Shown: piece by piece, positions 1 through 10,291 of the stretch
How the letters are laid out: every line of letters starts with the position of its first letter
Position numbering within the stretch: the stretch's first letter is position 1
Source: Clostridiales bacterium
Lineage (GTDB): Bacteria > Bacillota > Clostridia > Oscillospirales > CAG-272
Direction: 5' to 3'
Length of the DNA stretch: 61,204 nt
NCBI GenBank assembly: GCA_016282315.1
Contig: JAEEKG010000031.1
Coordinates: forward strand, 1-61,204
Program-made: the position numbers and the translations under genes
Notes under the pieces: generated by a model
Database searches by the model: none
Seen by the model: the letters and a program-made list of their open reading frames with translations, nothing else
Told to the model about the DNA's origin: nothing

Positions 1-1
1 G

Positions 2-358
2 AATGCGGGACACGAATTCCCAATCATTAAATCGCCGGGCGGTAAATTTGAGATGTTTAAAGACAAACACGGCTTTGTCATAGGCGGAATGGAAGACATA
101 TTATACAAACAATACGAAGTTAAACTTGAAAAAGGTTCCATGCTGTTTATATACACAGACGGTGTTGCTGAAGCAGCAAATTCAAATCAGGAATTGTTCG
201 GAACAGACAGACTCATTGAAGTTCTGAACGGCAGCGATAGTGAAACTCCGGAGCAAGTTCTTAATGCAGTTACTGACGGCCTGAATGAATTTGTAAAGGA
301 TGCGCCGCAGTTTGACGATATAACAATGCTCTGTTTGAAATATAACGGCGAAAAATAA
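2..358 (+). CDS. PP2C-type (SpoIIE/RsbU-like) serine phosphatase, C-terminal fragment; the 5' end lies outside the window
   Basis: The frame is open from the window edge to TAA at 356-358. It carries FIYTDGVAEA, FGTDRL and DDITMLCL motifs typical of the SpoIIE/PP2C C-terminus. Confidence 0.7.
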   Translation, partial: NAGHEFPIIKSPGGKFEMFKDKHGFVIGGMEDILYKQYEVKLEKGSMLFIYTDGVAEAANSNQELFGTDRLIEVLNGSDSETPEQVLNAVTDGLNEFVKDAPQFDDITMLCLKYNGEK

Positions 359-365
359 TATATTG

Positions 366-400
366 CCGCCTCATTCAAATAATCGATGAGGCGGTATTTT
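366..400 (+). terminator. Rho-independent terminator
   Basis: CCGCCTCAT / ATGAGGCGG 9-bp stem followed by TATTTT. Confidence 0.6.
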
Positions 401-416
401 ACTAGTGGGGGGAGTT

Positions 417-1490
417 ATGAATACCATTCCTATTACAAAAGAAACCTGTAACGCTTCGGTTCCGAAAGAACTGGAAGTACAGAACATCAGATTTATAAAC
501 ATAAAAGAGAGTCCGTTCAGAATTCACGGACTGATTTGGGATGATGAAAATGGTTTCATCAGAATGCCACAGAATATTGCTGCCACAGACAAATTGGAGA
601 ATCTCAATCAGATGGGCACGGGCGGAAGGGTTACATTCAGAACAAATTCCAGGTACATAGCAATAAAAGTTCTGTATAACAAAAGCTGCTGGTTTGCTGA
701 AGGGATGTCATCAGTGGGAGCATGCGGTTTTGATCTGTATGAGAAGACAGAAAAGGGTAAATACATCTTCCTGAAGTCGTTTTTGCCTATCAACCGCAAT
801 ACCGAAGGATATTGTACTACAGTTGATTTGTTCAAATCCAAAGAGAGAAATCTCGTTATTAATTTCCCTGTATTTGCCGGTGTTATGGATATGTACATAG
901 GCATAGACGAAAAGGGAACATTGCAGGAAGGCGCTCGCTATACTCATGAAACACCTGTTGTGTTTTATGGGTCATCCATTACACACGGGGCATTTGCCAG
1001 CAGACCCGGTATTACATATCCGTCAATGCTATCAATGAAATACGATTTCGAATATACAAATCTTGGATATTCAGGCGCATGCCGTGGACAGAAAGAAATC
1101 GTAGAATACATTTCAACTCTTGACATGAGTGTTTTTGTTCTGGATTACGACCACAATGCACCATCAGTGGAACATCTTGAAAAAACCCATTATTATGTGT
1201 ATGAAACCATAAGAAATGCTCATCCGGATATACCGATTATAATGGCATCAAGACCCACCTATGACAGGGGAGAGTTCAATGAAAAAAAGCGCAGGAACAT
1301 TATTTGTGCTTCGTATGAAAAAGCTCTCAGAAATGGTGATAATAAAGTGTATTTTGTGGACGGAAGAAAGAAATTCAAGAACTTTTACAGAAATGGCTAT
1401 GTTGTCGATGGCACCCATCCGAACGATGTCGGATTTGATATAATGGCAAGGGCATTTTCCGAGTGCTTTGACGACATTTACAAACAATGA
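417..1490 (+). CDS. SGNH/GDSL-type hydrolase (esterase) with an N-terminal accessory domain
   Basis: ATG at 417 lies 5 nt after GGGGGAG; the track start at 405 is GTG. FYGSSITHG (block I Ser) and DGTHPND (block V Asp-x-x-His) motifs are present. Confidence 0.75.
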   Translation: MNTIPITKETCNASVPKELEVQNIRFINIKESPFRIHGLIWDDENGFIRMPQNIAATDKLENLNQMGTGGRVTFRTNSRYIAIKVLYNKSCWFAEGMSSVGACGFDLYEKTEKGKYIFLKSFLPINRNTEGYCTTVDLFKSKERNLVINFPVFAGVMDMYIGIDEKGTLQEGARYTHETPVVFYGSSITHGAFASRPGITYPSMLSMKYDFEYTNLGYSGACRGQKEIVEYISTLDMSVFVLDYDHNAPSVEHLEKTHYYVYETIRNAHPDIPIIMASRPTYDRGEFNEKKRRNIICASYEKALRNGDNKVYFVDGRKKFKNFYRNGYVVDGTHPNDVGFDIMARAFSECFDDIYKQ

Positions 1491-1523
1491 CCAATACAAA
1501 AGTGTGCATATGCGAGGTCTAAT

Positions 1524-2900
1524 ATGAGATACGAAAAGATAATTGAATCGGCCGGTGAATATGATGTAGTCGTATGTGGAGGAGGATTTGCAGGATTTGG
1601 TGCTGCATGTGCTGCTGCTCGCGAAGGAGCAAATGTCATTCTCATCGAACGCGACGGATGTCTTGGTGGAACCGGTACAAAAGCGATGGTTAATCATATG
1701 CTTGGAGCTCGCAGATTTGAAGGAAACAGCATTTTTACATGTGTGGGAGGGCTGTTTTCGGAACTTGAAAACCGTCTTCTGGAAATAAACGGAGCCGTAG
1801 ATGTTCATAGCGTCAACAGGGATCTTCCCGCTCAGGGCTGGTATCCTCTTCTCGGAGCAGGTCTCGTTTTTGACAATGAAAAAATGAAGCTTGTTCTTGA
1901 AGAAATGGCTTTGAAATACGGTGTTAAGCTTCTGTATATGACAGAAGTGGTTGATGCCTTGTGTAACGATAGACGAATTACAGATGTTGTGATTCACAAC
2001 AAAAGCGGACTTGCCTCAGTATCCGGAAAATATTTTGTCGATGCCACAGGTGATGGTGACATATGCAGGATGTCAGGATGCTCTTTGATTAAAGGTGAAG
2101 AAGGAGGAGGAATGGCCGCAGCATCTCTTGAGATGCATGTTGACGGAGTAGATGCAGAAAAACTGACTGAATACATGAGCAAAACTCACGATGTTCGTTT
2201 CAGAAATCTGATACGTCCGCTAAAAGAAAAAGGAGTCTGGAATTTCCCGTATGAGATTTTCATTTCGGTTCAGATGACTCGTCCCGATGTTTTTATGATA
2301 AACACGATAAGGCAGGTAGGCATAGACGGAACTGATGCAGATTCCTTAACAAAAGGTATAATCGATGGGAGAAAAGAAAGCTTTGATCTGCTTGAGATTA
2401 TGAGGAAGCATTTTCCGGGATTTGCAAATGCGGAGATTCGCCAGATTGCTCCTACAATAGGTATTCGCGAAACATATCGCTTGTCCGGAGAGTACGTGCT
2501 GACGACAGACGATCTCATAACCGGGAAAGATTTTGAAGACGGGATTGCATTGTCAGCATATCATTGGGACATGCCGGATCCTAAACGTCCAAGTGTTCAA
2601 CCATTAAATGGTGTTGAAACTGCATCTCCTTATACACAGGTGCCTTACAGGTGTTTGCTGCCAAAAGAAGTTGACAATCTTATTGTCACAGGTCGTTGCA
2701 TAAGTGCTGAACGTGAAGTATTGGGACCTGTACGTGTTATGGCTCCATGTCTGGCGATAGGAGAAGCTGCCGGTACATCAGCAGCATTGGTATTTCGAGA
2801 TGGAATTGCATTCAAAAATGCAGATGTGGAAATAATACGCCGAAAGATAAAAGCTCATGGCGGAATAGTTGACAGAATTGATGTAAAAGAAGAAAAGTGA
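1524..2900 (+). CDS. FAD-dependent oxidoreductase (FAD_oxidored family)
   Basis: N-terminal dinucleotide-binding motif DVVVCGGGFAGFGAACAAAREGANVILIER. Confidence 0.8.
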   Translation: MRYEKIIESAGEYDVVVCGGGFAGFGAACAAAREGANVILIERDGCLGGTGTKAMVNHMLGARRFEGNSIFTCVGGLFSELENRLLEINGAVDVHSVNRDLPAQGWYPLLGAGLVFDNEKMKLVLEEMALKYGVKLLYMTEVVDALCNDRRITDVVIHNKSGLASVSGKYFVDATGDGDICRMSGCSLIKGEEGGGMAAASLEMHVDGVDAEKLTEYMSKTHDVRFRNLIRPLKEKGVWNFPYEIFISVQMTRPDVFMINTIRQVGIDGTDADSLTKGIIDGRKESFDLLEIMRKHFPGFANAEIRQIAPTIGIRETYRLSGEYVLTTDDLITGKDFEDGIALSAYHWDMPDPKRPSVQPLNGVETASPYTQVPYRCLLPKEVDNLIVTGRCISAEREVLGPVRVMAPCLAIGEAAGTSAALVFRDGIAFKNADVEIIRRKIKAHGGIVDRIDVKEEK

Positions 2901-2968
2901 TTGGTTCAAACGCTCAAGTCACGGGAGTTCTCGTCAATCATAAAAAACTATGCAAATAAATTCTATTG

Positions 2969-3017
2969 AAAAAGTGGCTGTTGCAACCTTATTCAGGAAG
3001 CAACAACCACTTTTTTT
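2969..3017. terminator. Bidirectional terminator between convergent genes
   Basis: GTGGCTGTTGC / GCAACAACCAC stem with an A-run on the 5' side and a T7 run on the 3' side. Confidence 0.6.
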
Positions 3018-3033
3018 GCGAATGGTTATATAT

Positions 3034-4008
3034 CTATTTATTGGTTTCGTTCTCATTTCTCATTGTCTGGATCAAATCAGATAAATAACCTTCCCTGACA
3101 CCAGCACTACTTATGACAATCTTTTCTGCTCCTATGTATTTAATGATGCACTGCATCGCAGAAGCGCCTGCAATTATTGAGTCTTTTCTGTCAGGACAAG
3201 ATTTTAAAATCAATTTATCGTGATTTTTCCCTGTGCTTAATGCTTTAGCAGCCCCAAGGTATTTTGCGCTTAATATGACTCTTGAATCAGTTGTTTTATC
3301 TTTGTCGTCATCAAGAAACAGAGCAGTCCTAGCTATGGCTCTACCAGTGCCTCCGATTATGTATATTGTATTTGCACTCTTTTTGAACTTGAAATTGTGA
3401 TTAAGAACTGCATTTACATACTTGTTAAGTTTATCCAGTTCTTCCTTTGTTGGATAAAGTGGCACTTTAAAATACTTTTTTGAAAGGGCAAGTGAACCAA
3501 TTGGAAGAGAAACAGAAGGACCATTCTTATTTCCAGTAAAGAGTGATAATTCTGTGCTTCCTCCGCCCATGTCTAATACGCAACTAGATGATACTTGAGA
3601 AGTCTCAAATCTTTCTCGTATTGCTGTTCTGTCAAGATTTGCTTCTCTTATTCCGGAAATGATTTCTATTTTGATTCCCAATTCGTTATATATTCTATCC
3701 AGAATCTCTTTTGAATTAGCAAGCCCTCTCAGGCTTGCGGTTGCAAAAGAAACAAACATGTCAACGGGAATGGAGTTTGAAATCGCCAAGAATTCTCTCA
3801 AAACAGTTAATAGTTTTCCATCGCCGTCTTTTGTAAGACAATTATTCTTTCTGTATCCTGCTAATCCCAGAATGCTTCTTGAGTTGTGAACGATAGTGAA
3901 CTCGCCGGTTTGAATATTTACGTCATATATGTTCATTCTGACACTGTTTGCACCAATATCAGCGACAGCTATTTTTTTATACTCAAATTCTTCGTTAAAA
4001 TTAAACAT
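3034..4008 (-). CDS. Ppx/GppA family phosphatase (exopolyphosphatase-like)
   Basis: IAVADIGANSVRMNIY and DMGGGSTEL ASKHA-fold phosphate-binding motifs. Confidence 0.8.
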   Translation of the reverse strand: MFNFNEEFEYKKIAVADIGANSVRMNIYDVNIQTGEFTIVHNSRSILGLAGYRKNNCLTKDGDGKLLTVLREFLAISNSIPVDMFVSFATASLRGLANSKEILDRIYNELGIKIEIISGIREANLDRTAIRERFETSQVSSSCVLDMGGGSTELSLFTGNKNGPSVSLPIGSLALSKKYFKVPLYPTKEELDKLNKYVNAVLNHNFKFKKSANTIYIIGGTGRAIARTALFLDDDKDKTTDSRVILSAKYLGAAKALSTGKNHDKLILKSCPDRKDSIIAGASAMQCIIKYIGAEKIVISSAGVREGYLSDLIQTMRNENETNK

Positions 4009-4342
4009 CTAATTCAAATCCGATGAATCTTGTGCCTTGTATGGTAATAAATCCTATGTCGCCCGGTTGAATGTATTGATAGCAATCTTCAGATATTTGA
4101 TATTCTGCTTTGTCTTTTGTTTCATATTCAAATGTGGCATAGTACATAGGGATTTCTTTTTTTCGCGATAAGGCAAACTCATCCATTCTCTTGCTGTAAA
4201 CTACTGCTTTTGCCCTGATTTTCGGCATCTTGGTATTCTTTTTTATGGCTTTGGTTGCTGTTATCATAGTTACGATGATTATGGCGAGTCCAATAGCAAA
4301 AAAGACCGAGAATATTGTAATTAAAACAGTATAGGTATCCAT
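4001..4342 (-). CDS. DUF2500-like small membrane protein
   Basis: I place the start at the internal ATG (MDTYTVL...). One N-terminal TM helix, then the YYATFE...GD.G....QGTRF pattern. It overlaps the ppx start by 8 nt. Confidence 0.65.
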   Translation of the reverse strand: MDTYTVLITIFSVFFAIGLAIIIVTMITATKAIKKNTKMPKIRAKAVVYSKRMDEFALSRKKEIPMYYATFEYETKDKAEYQISEDCYQYIQPGDIGFITIQGTRFIGFELDV

Positions 4343-4421
4343 GCAAAAGAGCCCTTTCTTCAAATTCAAGGAAATTATACAGTAACGTTGCTTTTCTTGC
4401 AATAACTCTTTAATTAATAGT

Positions 4422-4450
4422 TGACGCACAGCTGAAAATGCTGTGCGTCA
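4422..4450 (-). terminator. Hairpin downstream of malQ
   Basis: TGACGCACAGC / GCTGTGCGTCA 11-bp stem; the U-tract on the minus strand is weak. Confidence 0.4.
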
Positions 4451-4455
4451 TGATA

Positions 4456-5910
4456 CTATCTGTTATATTTTTTGTTGAATTTCTTAATTCGTTCGGCTAG
4501 TTTTTTGTTTGTGTATCCAGAGTATCTTGCACCCCAGTTTCCGACGGAAGTGCCGGGTGAGTTAATCTTTCCCTCGACTCCGCAGCCAAGCCAGTCCGCA
4601 ATCGGAATAACTGCATAGTCTGCTTTTGAAGAATAAACTGCTTTAATAAGAGAATTAACCGGTTGTTTTCTGTTCAACGGGATAAATTGACCGATTATAT
4701 TTCTGTTTTCTTCTGATTGGACGTCCCAGAATGCTTTTGAAGTATCATTGTCATGTGTTGATGTGTAATAAAGTGTGTTGCTTGATATTACCTGCGGCAG
4801 GTGCATGTTGTCATCTTCGCCTGAAAATGCAAATTGAATAACTCTCATACATGGAAATCCTGTTTGTTTCATCAGCATGAGCACTTTTTCACTCATGATT
4901 CCAAGATCTTCAGCAACAAACTTTGTGTGCGGGAGACTCTTGTGAGCATTTTCAAATAGCTCTATGCCCGGACCATCTATCCATTTACCTATTTTTGCAT
5001 CAACAGCATCATTTCTAACCGAATAATAGTTTGCGTAACCTATGAAATGATCGAGTCTGAGAATGTCAAACATTTTTGAGACGAATTTCATTCTTCTGAT
5101 AACAAATTCAAATCCGTTATTTCTCATTGACTCCCAGTCATAAAGCGGATTGCCCCATTTCTGACCTGTTTCAGAGAAGTAGTCCGGAGGAACTGCAGCA
5201 CAATACTCCTGTTGACCTTCTGAATTGAGTTGGAAAGCACTTCTGTTTGCCCATGCATCTGATGAGTCAGGAGCTACATAAATCGGAAGGTCTCCCATTA
5301 TCACTATTTTTTTAGAATGAATATATTTCTTTAATGCATTCCACTGTTCAAAGAACAGGTATTGGCAATACAGATGATAATTGATATCGTTACCCAATTC
5401 TTTTTTTGCATTTTTTAATGCCGTTTCTTCTCTCAAGCGCAAATCTAAAGGAAAATTGTACCAAGGGGTTCCGTTATATTTGTCTTTCAATGCCATAAAT
5501 ACGGCATAATCATATATGTCCGGGTTATTTTTCCCGAAAGATTTCACTTTCTTTTCGATTTTTGAAAAAGAGTAGTTGAACGCTTTTCTCAGCATTTCTT
5601 TTCTGCTGAAATATATGTGTCCGTAATCTATTCTTTCGTCGTGCCTGATTTCAGGAAGATCAGCTTTTTTAAGATAGTGGTCTCTAACCAAAAAATCCGG
5701 ATCTATAAAATAAGTGTTTCCGGCAAATGATGAAAGGCATTGATATGGAGAGTCACCATAACCTGTTGGACCCAATGGGAGCATCTGCCATATTTTTACA
5801 TTTGCAGATATCAAAAAATCAGCAAACTTGTATGCTTCTTTGCCAAGTGTACCTATTCCATATCTTGATTTCAGAGAGAAAATAGGCATTAATATTCCGC
5901 TTTGTTTCAT
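4456..5910 (-). CDS. malQ: 4-alpha-glucanotransferase (amylomaltase, GH77)
   Basis: N-terminus GILMPIFSL.S.YGIGTLG and full-length GH77-like sequence (484 aa). Confidence 0.9.
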   Translation of the reverse strand: MKQSGILMPIFSLKSRYGIGTLGKEAYKFADFLISANVKIWQMLPLGPTGYGDSPYQCLSSFAGNTYFIDPDFLVRDHYLKKADLPEIRHDERIDYGHIYFSRKEMLRKAFNYSFSKIEKKVKSFGKNNPDIYDYAVFMALKDKYNGTPWYNFPLDLRLREETALKNAKKELGNDINYHLYCQYLFFEQWNALKKYIHSKKIVIMGDLPIYVAPDSSDAWANRSAFQLNSEGQQEYCAAVPPDYFSETGQKWGNPLYDWESMRNNGFEFVIRRMKFVSKMFDILRLDHFIGYANYYSVRNDAVDAKIGKWIDGPGIELFENAHKSLPHTKFVAEDLGIMSEKVLMLMKQTGFPCMRVIQFAFSGEDDNMHLPQVISSNTLYYTSTHDNDTSKAFWDVQSEENRNIIGQFIPLNRKQPVNSLIKAVYSSKADYAVIPIADWLGCGVEGKINSPGTSVGNWGARYSGYTNKKLAERIKKFNKKYNR

Positions 5911-5985
5911 TTTCTAACCTCGAGTAAGTTTTTCTCTTGTAATTATACAATAACTCAAGAGTATTTTCTACAATATGTGTTCTGT

Positions 5986-6014
5986 TTGACAAATTCTTGT
6001 TCATGTAATAGAAT
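5986..6014 (+). promoter_or_regulatory. Sigma-A-type promoter for mntP
   Basis: TTGACA (5986-5991), 17 nt spacer, TAGAAT (6009-6014). Confidence 0.45.
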
Positions 6015-6044
6015 ACATCTCACAACAATTTCAGGAGTGTAAAT

Positions 6045-6626
6045 ATGGGAGTAACCGTATTGGAATTAATTCTTATATCCATAGGCGTTGCAGCAGACGC
6101 ATTTGCGGTTGCTGTGTGCAAGGGTCTGTCTTCGGAAAAACCCAGCAAGGGACTTGTTTTCACAACAGGAGGATTTTTTGGGTTCTTTCAGGCAATGATG
6201 CCAGCAATTGGATTTTTGCTCGGATCAACTTTTGCAGGAATAATAGAAGCATACGATCACTGGGTAGCATTTGGTCTGTTGCTATTGGTCGGTGCCAATA
6301 TGATAAGAGAAGCACTCTCGAAAAAAGAAGAGAAGTATACAAGCACATATAAGTTCGGTGAGATGACAATTCTGGCAATTGCAACTTCAATAGATGCTCT
6401 TGCTGTGGGAATTTCATTTGCGTGTCTTGAGTTTACCGTTTTGGGACTTGTAATTTCCGTTTTGGTTATAGGTGTAGTTACTTTTGCATTGTCATGTGTT
6501 GGAGTAGGCATCGGATCTTTAATTGGAAAGAAAGGCGGCAAAGTTGCCTCAATCATAGGAGGAGCGATACTGATTCTTATAGGCACAAAAATATTGCTGG
6601 AACATCTCAATATAATACATTTCTAG
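6045..6626 (+). CDS. mntP: Manganese efflux pump MntP
   Basis: Six-TM protein with the duplicated DAFAV/DALAVG motifs of the MntP/YebN family. Confidence 0.85.
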   Translation: MGVTVLELILISIGVAADAFAVAVCKGLSSEKPSKGLVFTTGGFFGFFQAMMPAIGFLLGSTFAGIIEAYDHWVAFGLLLLVGANMIREALSKKEEKYTSTYKFGEMTILAIATSIDALAVGISFACLEFTVLGLVISVLVIGVVTFALSCVGVGIGSLIGKKGGKVASIIGGAILILIGTKILLEHLNIIHF

Positions 6627-6677
6627 AAAAAAGAACCTGTAAACCGCAGATAATACGGAGTACAGGTTCAATTTTTT
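6627..6677. terminator. Bidirectional terminator (mntP / recO)
   Basis: GAACCTGTA / TACAGGTTC stem flanked by A6 and T6. Confidence 0.6.
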
Positions 6678-7477
6678 ATCATGGACACTACAGAGTGATA
6701 AAAGTCTAAAGATACGAAATTCCTTTCGAGATGACTTAACAAATATTTTTCACATACTGAACAAAAATCTTTTATTGTTTCATCTTTTAGATTAAACGAC
6801 ATTATTCTTTCAGGTTTTGAATAAATCACAAATCTTATGGCTTCAAAAACGGACTTTGATATGGGGACAAGCACGTTATGTTTTCCGTAAATACCGGACA
6901 TTTCATCTACTTTTTCTGTCTCGTATTCAAGTTGGCTGTTCTTGAAACAATCTTCGCAGTAGTAACAACCATCATCTATGTCAAACCACACGTTGTCAAA
7001 GCCGCTTTTTCCGCAAACCTTGCACCCGACCATATCAGGCATAAAGCCCAATATACTGGCGCACCTGAGTTCAAATACTGATTTGATTTGCCAAATTGGT
7101 TTTGTTGAGTCTGAAATACAAAATAGGGAGTTCAATACCAATTGAAGTAATTCTTGCTCAGGTTGTCCTTCGACTGCAACATCGCAGGCTACTTCAGAAA
7201 TATATGAAGCCAATGCTGAACCATCAAGAGTTTTCCCGATTCCGAAAAAACTCTCGATAGGAGCACTTTCCCCTATATATGTCTTCCCGCGAGTTTCTCT
7301 GAATGTCAGTTCAGAATAGGTGTACAGCCTCGATGATGCAAAATTCTTGCTTTTCAAGTTTCTCGCACCATTAGAATATGCAGAAACAACACCTAAATCC
7401 TGAGTAAGTATAGTAAGCATTTTGTCGCTTTCTCCGACATTAACAGCTCGCAATACTATGCCTTTTGTCGACATCAT
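6668..7477 (-). CDS. recO: DNA repair protein RecO
   Basis: N-terminal OB-fold signature GIVLRAVNVGESDKMLTILT, a central Cys4 zinc motif (CKVC...CEDC), and the conserved era-recO order. Confidence 0.9.
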   Translation of the reverse strand: MMSTKGIVLRAVNVGESDKMLTILTQDLGVVSAYSNGARNLKSKNFASSRLYTYSELTFRETRGKTYIGESAPIESFFGIGKTLDGSALASYISEVACDVAVEGQPEQELLQLVLNSLFCISDSTKPIWQIKSVFELRCASILGFMPDMVGCKVCGKSGFDNVWFDIDDGCYYCEDCFKNSQLEYETEKVDEMSGIYGKHNVLVPISKSVFEAIRFVIYSKPERIMSFNLKDETIKDFCSVCEKYLLSHLERNFVSLDFYHSVVSMIKN

Positions 7478-7486
7478 TTCCTCCGG

Positions 7487-8380
7487 TTATTCTTTATCTT
7501 CTTTGTATCCCATGTTGGCAACTGCTATCTCATTTGCTCTCCAGTTTTCCTTAACTTTTACCCACAAATCTAGATAAACTTTTACGCCAAACAGTTTTTC
7601 CATATCTTCTCTTGCCATAGTGCCGATTTTCTTCAGGGTTTCACCATTCTTGCCAATTATAATAGGCTTGTGGCTTGCCCTTTCACAAAAGATTTCTGCT
7701 CTTATGGAAATGAGATCTTCTTTTTCCTCAAATGATTCTATAGATACTGCAACTCCGTGAGGAACTTCTTCACTTGTTAACACCAGAATCTTTTCTCTGA
7801 TCATTTCAGACGCCAGATTTCTCTCGCTTGAGTCGGTGACAAAATCTTCAGGGAAAGGCCATTCTTCTTCAATAGCATATTTGTCTATTTCTTCGAATAC
7901 AATTTCAGTTCCTTTTCCGGTCTTAGCTGACAGAGGAATAACAGAAGCAAAGTCAAATTTTTGTGAAAACTGAAGAATAGTTTCTCCAACTGTTTTTCCG
8001 TCATTTATATCTGTTTTGTTAACAATCAGAATTACAGGCACTTCCATCTCAGAGAATCTTTTTATTATGGATTCTTCAACAGGACCTATCCTGTCGCCTG
8101 CGGATACAACATAAATAATCACATCAAGGTTTTCTGCCAAAGCAGAGTTGGCAGATCTCATCATATATGAACCGAGTTTATCTTTTGGTTTGTGAAGGCC
8201 TGGGGTGTCAAGAAAAATGTACTGGATATCGCCTTTGGTCAGGATTCCACGTATGTTGTTTCTCGTGGTCTGAGGCTTGTTTGAAACAATTGAAATCTTT
8301 ACACCCAAAAGAGTGTTCATCAAAGTGGATTTTCCCGTATTAGCTCTTCCTGTGATTGCTGCAATTAGTGTTTTTCTCAT
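7487..8380 (-). CDS. era: GTPase Era
   Basis: G1 GRANTGKST, G3 DTPG, G4 NKTD and a C-terminal KH domain. Confidence 0.95.
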   Translation of the reverse strand: MRKTLIAAITGRANTGKSTLMNTLLGVKISIVSNKPQTTRNNIRGILTKGDIQYIFLDTPGLHKPKDKLGSYMMRSANSALAENLDVIIYVVSAGDRIGPVEESIIKRFSEMEVPVILIVNKTDINDGKTVGETILQFSQKFDFASVIPLSAKTGKGTEIVFEEIDKYAIEEEWPFPEDFVTDSSERNLASEMIREKILVLTSEEVPHGVAVSIESFEEKEDLISIRAEIFCERASHKPIIIGKNGETLKKIGTMAREDMEKLFGVKVYLDLWVKVKENWRANEIAVANMGYKEDKE

Positions 8381-8871
8381 TTTTGTCCCTTTCTCGGCAG
8401 GCCCATTCCTGCAAGTATTTCTTCTTGCTTGTTATTCATGTAATCATCTTCTTCTTTTGATCTTTCATGGTCATACCCAAGAAGGTGAAGAGTAGAGTGA
8501 ACAGATAAAAAAGCAATTTCTCTATCAACTGAATGACCATATTCCTTGGCCTGTTCATAAGCTTTTTCCGCTGAAATAACTATGTCACCTATAATGATTC
8601 TACCTGTGACAAAATCCTTGTCTCCCACTGAATCATCATCAGAAATAACAGGAAAAGATAAAACATCTGTAGGTCTGTCTACGTCTCTGTATTCTTTGTT
8701 TAATTCATGGATTCTTTCATTGTCCGTTATAACAACAGAAACTTCGGCAGGACCTTCAAATTCTTCTGATTTCAGTGTTCTTGAAATGGCTGAACGAATC
8801 AGCTTTTTTGTTTCTGGGGTAATGACTATTTTATTCTGTTCGTTGGTTATTGCAATACTGTTTCTTCTCAT
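8377..8871 (-). CDS. ybeY: rRNA maturation endoribonuclease YbeY
   Basis: HSTLHLLGYDH zinc motif; 4-nt overlaps with both neighbours. Confidence 0.9.
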   Translation of the reverse strand: MRRNSIAITNEQNKIVITPETKKLIRSAISRTLKSEEFEGPAEVSVVITDNERIHELNKEYRDVDRPTDVLSFPVISDDDSVGDKDFVTGRIIIGDIVISAEKAYEQAKEYGHSVDREIAFLSVHSTLHLLGYDHERSKEEDDYMNNKQEEILAGMGLPRKGQK

Positions 8872-9881
8872 TGACTTGACCTGTTCATTCTGTATGTTTC
8901 TCTGGATTTTTTATTTTCTTTTTCGTACTTGTCATAGGCAAGTATTATTTTTTGAACCAGTTTATGTCTTACTACATCTCTTTCGGTGAATTCGTGAATT
9001 GCTATGCCTTCAATGTTCTTTAAGACTTTTACTGCTTCAGCAAGGCCGGATTTTTTGCCGAAAGGAAGATCCGTTTGTGTTAAGTCTCCTGTGATGATTG
9101 CTTTGGAATTAAAACCGAGTCTTGTTAAAAACATCTTCATTTGTTCAGGGGTAGTGTTCTGGGCTTCATCCAGGATAATGAAAGAATCATCAAGAGTTCT
9201 TCCTCTCATGTATGCTAGAGGCGCAATTTCTATGACTCCTCGCTCTATGTGTTTTTGATAAGTTTCAGCGCCGAACATTTCAAACATTGCATCATACAAT
9301 GGTCTGAGATAAGGATTGATTTTGCTTTGCAAATCACCCGGAAGATAGCCTAGCTTTTCGCCTGCTTCAACAGCAGGTCGAGTTAGAATTATCCTTGAAA
9401 CCTGCTTGTTTCTCAGGGCTGTAGAAGCAGCTGCTACAGCTAAAAATGTTTTGCCTGTGCCGGCCGGGCCCACACCTAAGACTACAGTGTTGTTGTTTAT
9501 TGCATCAATATACTTTTTCTGACCCAGAGTCTTTGCTTTAATAGGTCTTCCTTTTGTTGTAACACAGATGCAATCGTTGCCGAATCTTTCAAGAGTTTCT
9601 CCGTTTTTAACCGTGCTGATGACATAGTCTATGCTTTGTTCGGTCAAATCGGTACCCCTGTCAACGACGTCGTATAAATACTCCATTACTGCATACGCCA
9701 TTGACAGGTTTTCACCATTGTCACTTGAAATGATTACACAGTCTCCTGTGCCTGTCTCATCAGGTCTGTTCGAAATAAGAACGCCGAATGCTTTTTCAAC
9801 CTTTGCTACATTTGTATCAAAATTTCCAAACAAACTGGCTGTTTGTTCAGCATTTTTTGTTTTAATGACTTTTTCTGACAT
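8868..9881 (-). CDS. phoH: PhoH-like ATPase
   Basis: Walker A GPAGTGKT, then IILDEAQN. I place the start at the internal ATG (MSEKV...); the 20-codon upstream extension has no support. Confidence 0.9.
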   Translation of the reverse strand: MSEKVIKTKNAEQTASLFGNFDTNVAKVEKAFGVLISNRPDETGTGDCVIISSDNGENLSMAYAVMEYLYDVVDRGTDLTEQSIDYVISTVKNGETLERFGNDCICVTTKGRPIKAKTLGQKKYIDAINNNTVVLGVGPAGTGKTFLAVAAASTALRNKQVSRIILTRPAVEAGEKLGYLPGDLQSKINPYLRPLYDAMFEMFGAETYQKHIERGVIEIAPLAYMRGRTLDDSFIILDEAQNTTPEQMKMFLTRLGFNSKAIITGDLTQTDLPFGKKSGLAEAVKVLKNIEGIAIHEFTERDVVRHKLVQKIILAYDKYEKENKKSRETYRMNRSSQ

Positions 9882-10072
9882 CAAACACCTCGTTAAACAA
9901 TTTGTCAGATATATTTTAAACAAAAATGACCATCGTATCAATAGTAATCCCTAGTTAATTAACTATTATCCAAAGCATAATTCAAAAGAGTAACACAATT
10001 TGAGTAGAAATTACTATAGAAAAAGTTGCGCGCATGTAATATAATTGAGAATGAAAATCGGAGGGGATAGAC

Positions 10073-10291
10073 ATGGGAACAAAACGTAAAGAGAAAGAAA
10101 TGCGAATTTGTGCTTTGTGTGAACACTCAACTGAAGTTCCTGTCAGCGACAGGGATAATCTTTTTGTCTGCAAAATGAAGGGTCTTGTAGAGGCTCAGCA
10201 TGTTTGCAGACATTTTTCATCTGACCCTTTGAAACGCACACCCAAAAGAAGAGAGGGAATGGCTGATTACGAGCCTGTTAAGATAGATTGA
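10073..10291 (+). CDS. Small Cys/His-rich hypothetical protein (72 aa)
   Basis: GGAGGGGATAGAC then ATG. CALCEH...C...HVCRH suggests a small zinc-binding fold. Its TGA overlaps the mutS2 ATG (TGATG). Confidence 0.5.
   Translation: MGTKRKEKEMRICALCEHSTEVPVSDRDNLFVCKMKGLVEAQHVCRHFSSDPLKRTPKRREGMADYEPVKID

Noticed and set aside
1248-1997. 249-aa minus-strand ORF spanning the SGNH hydrolase end and the FAD oxidoreductase start
   Set aside because: It lies antisense to two well-supported plus-strand genes, has no SD, and its sequence is low-information (S/C/F/K-rich). This is typical of a shadow ORF.
4343-4429. 29-aa N-terminal extension of the DUF2500-like ORF
   Set aside because: The internal ATG at 4342 starts directly with the TM helix, as in the family. 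The extension has no SD.
5911-6044. Expected a yybP-ykoY Mn riboswitch upstream of mntP
   Set aside because: The promoter (TTGACA-17-TAGAAT at 5986-6014) leaves only about 25 nt of leader. The conserved four-helix elements and GGGGAGUAG-type motifs are not visible.
9882-9941. 20-aa N-terminal extension of PhoH
   Set aside because: The extension is hydrophobic and Cys-rich, unlike PhoH proteins. MSEKV... is the natural start.
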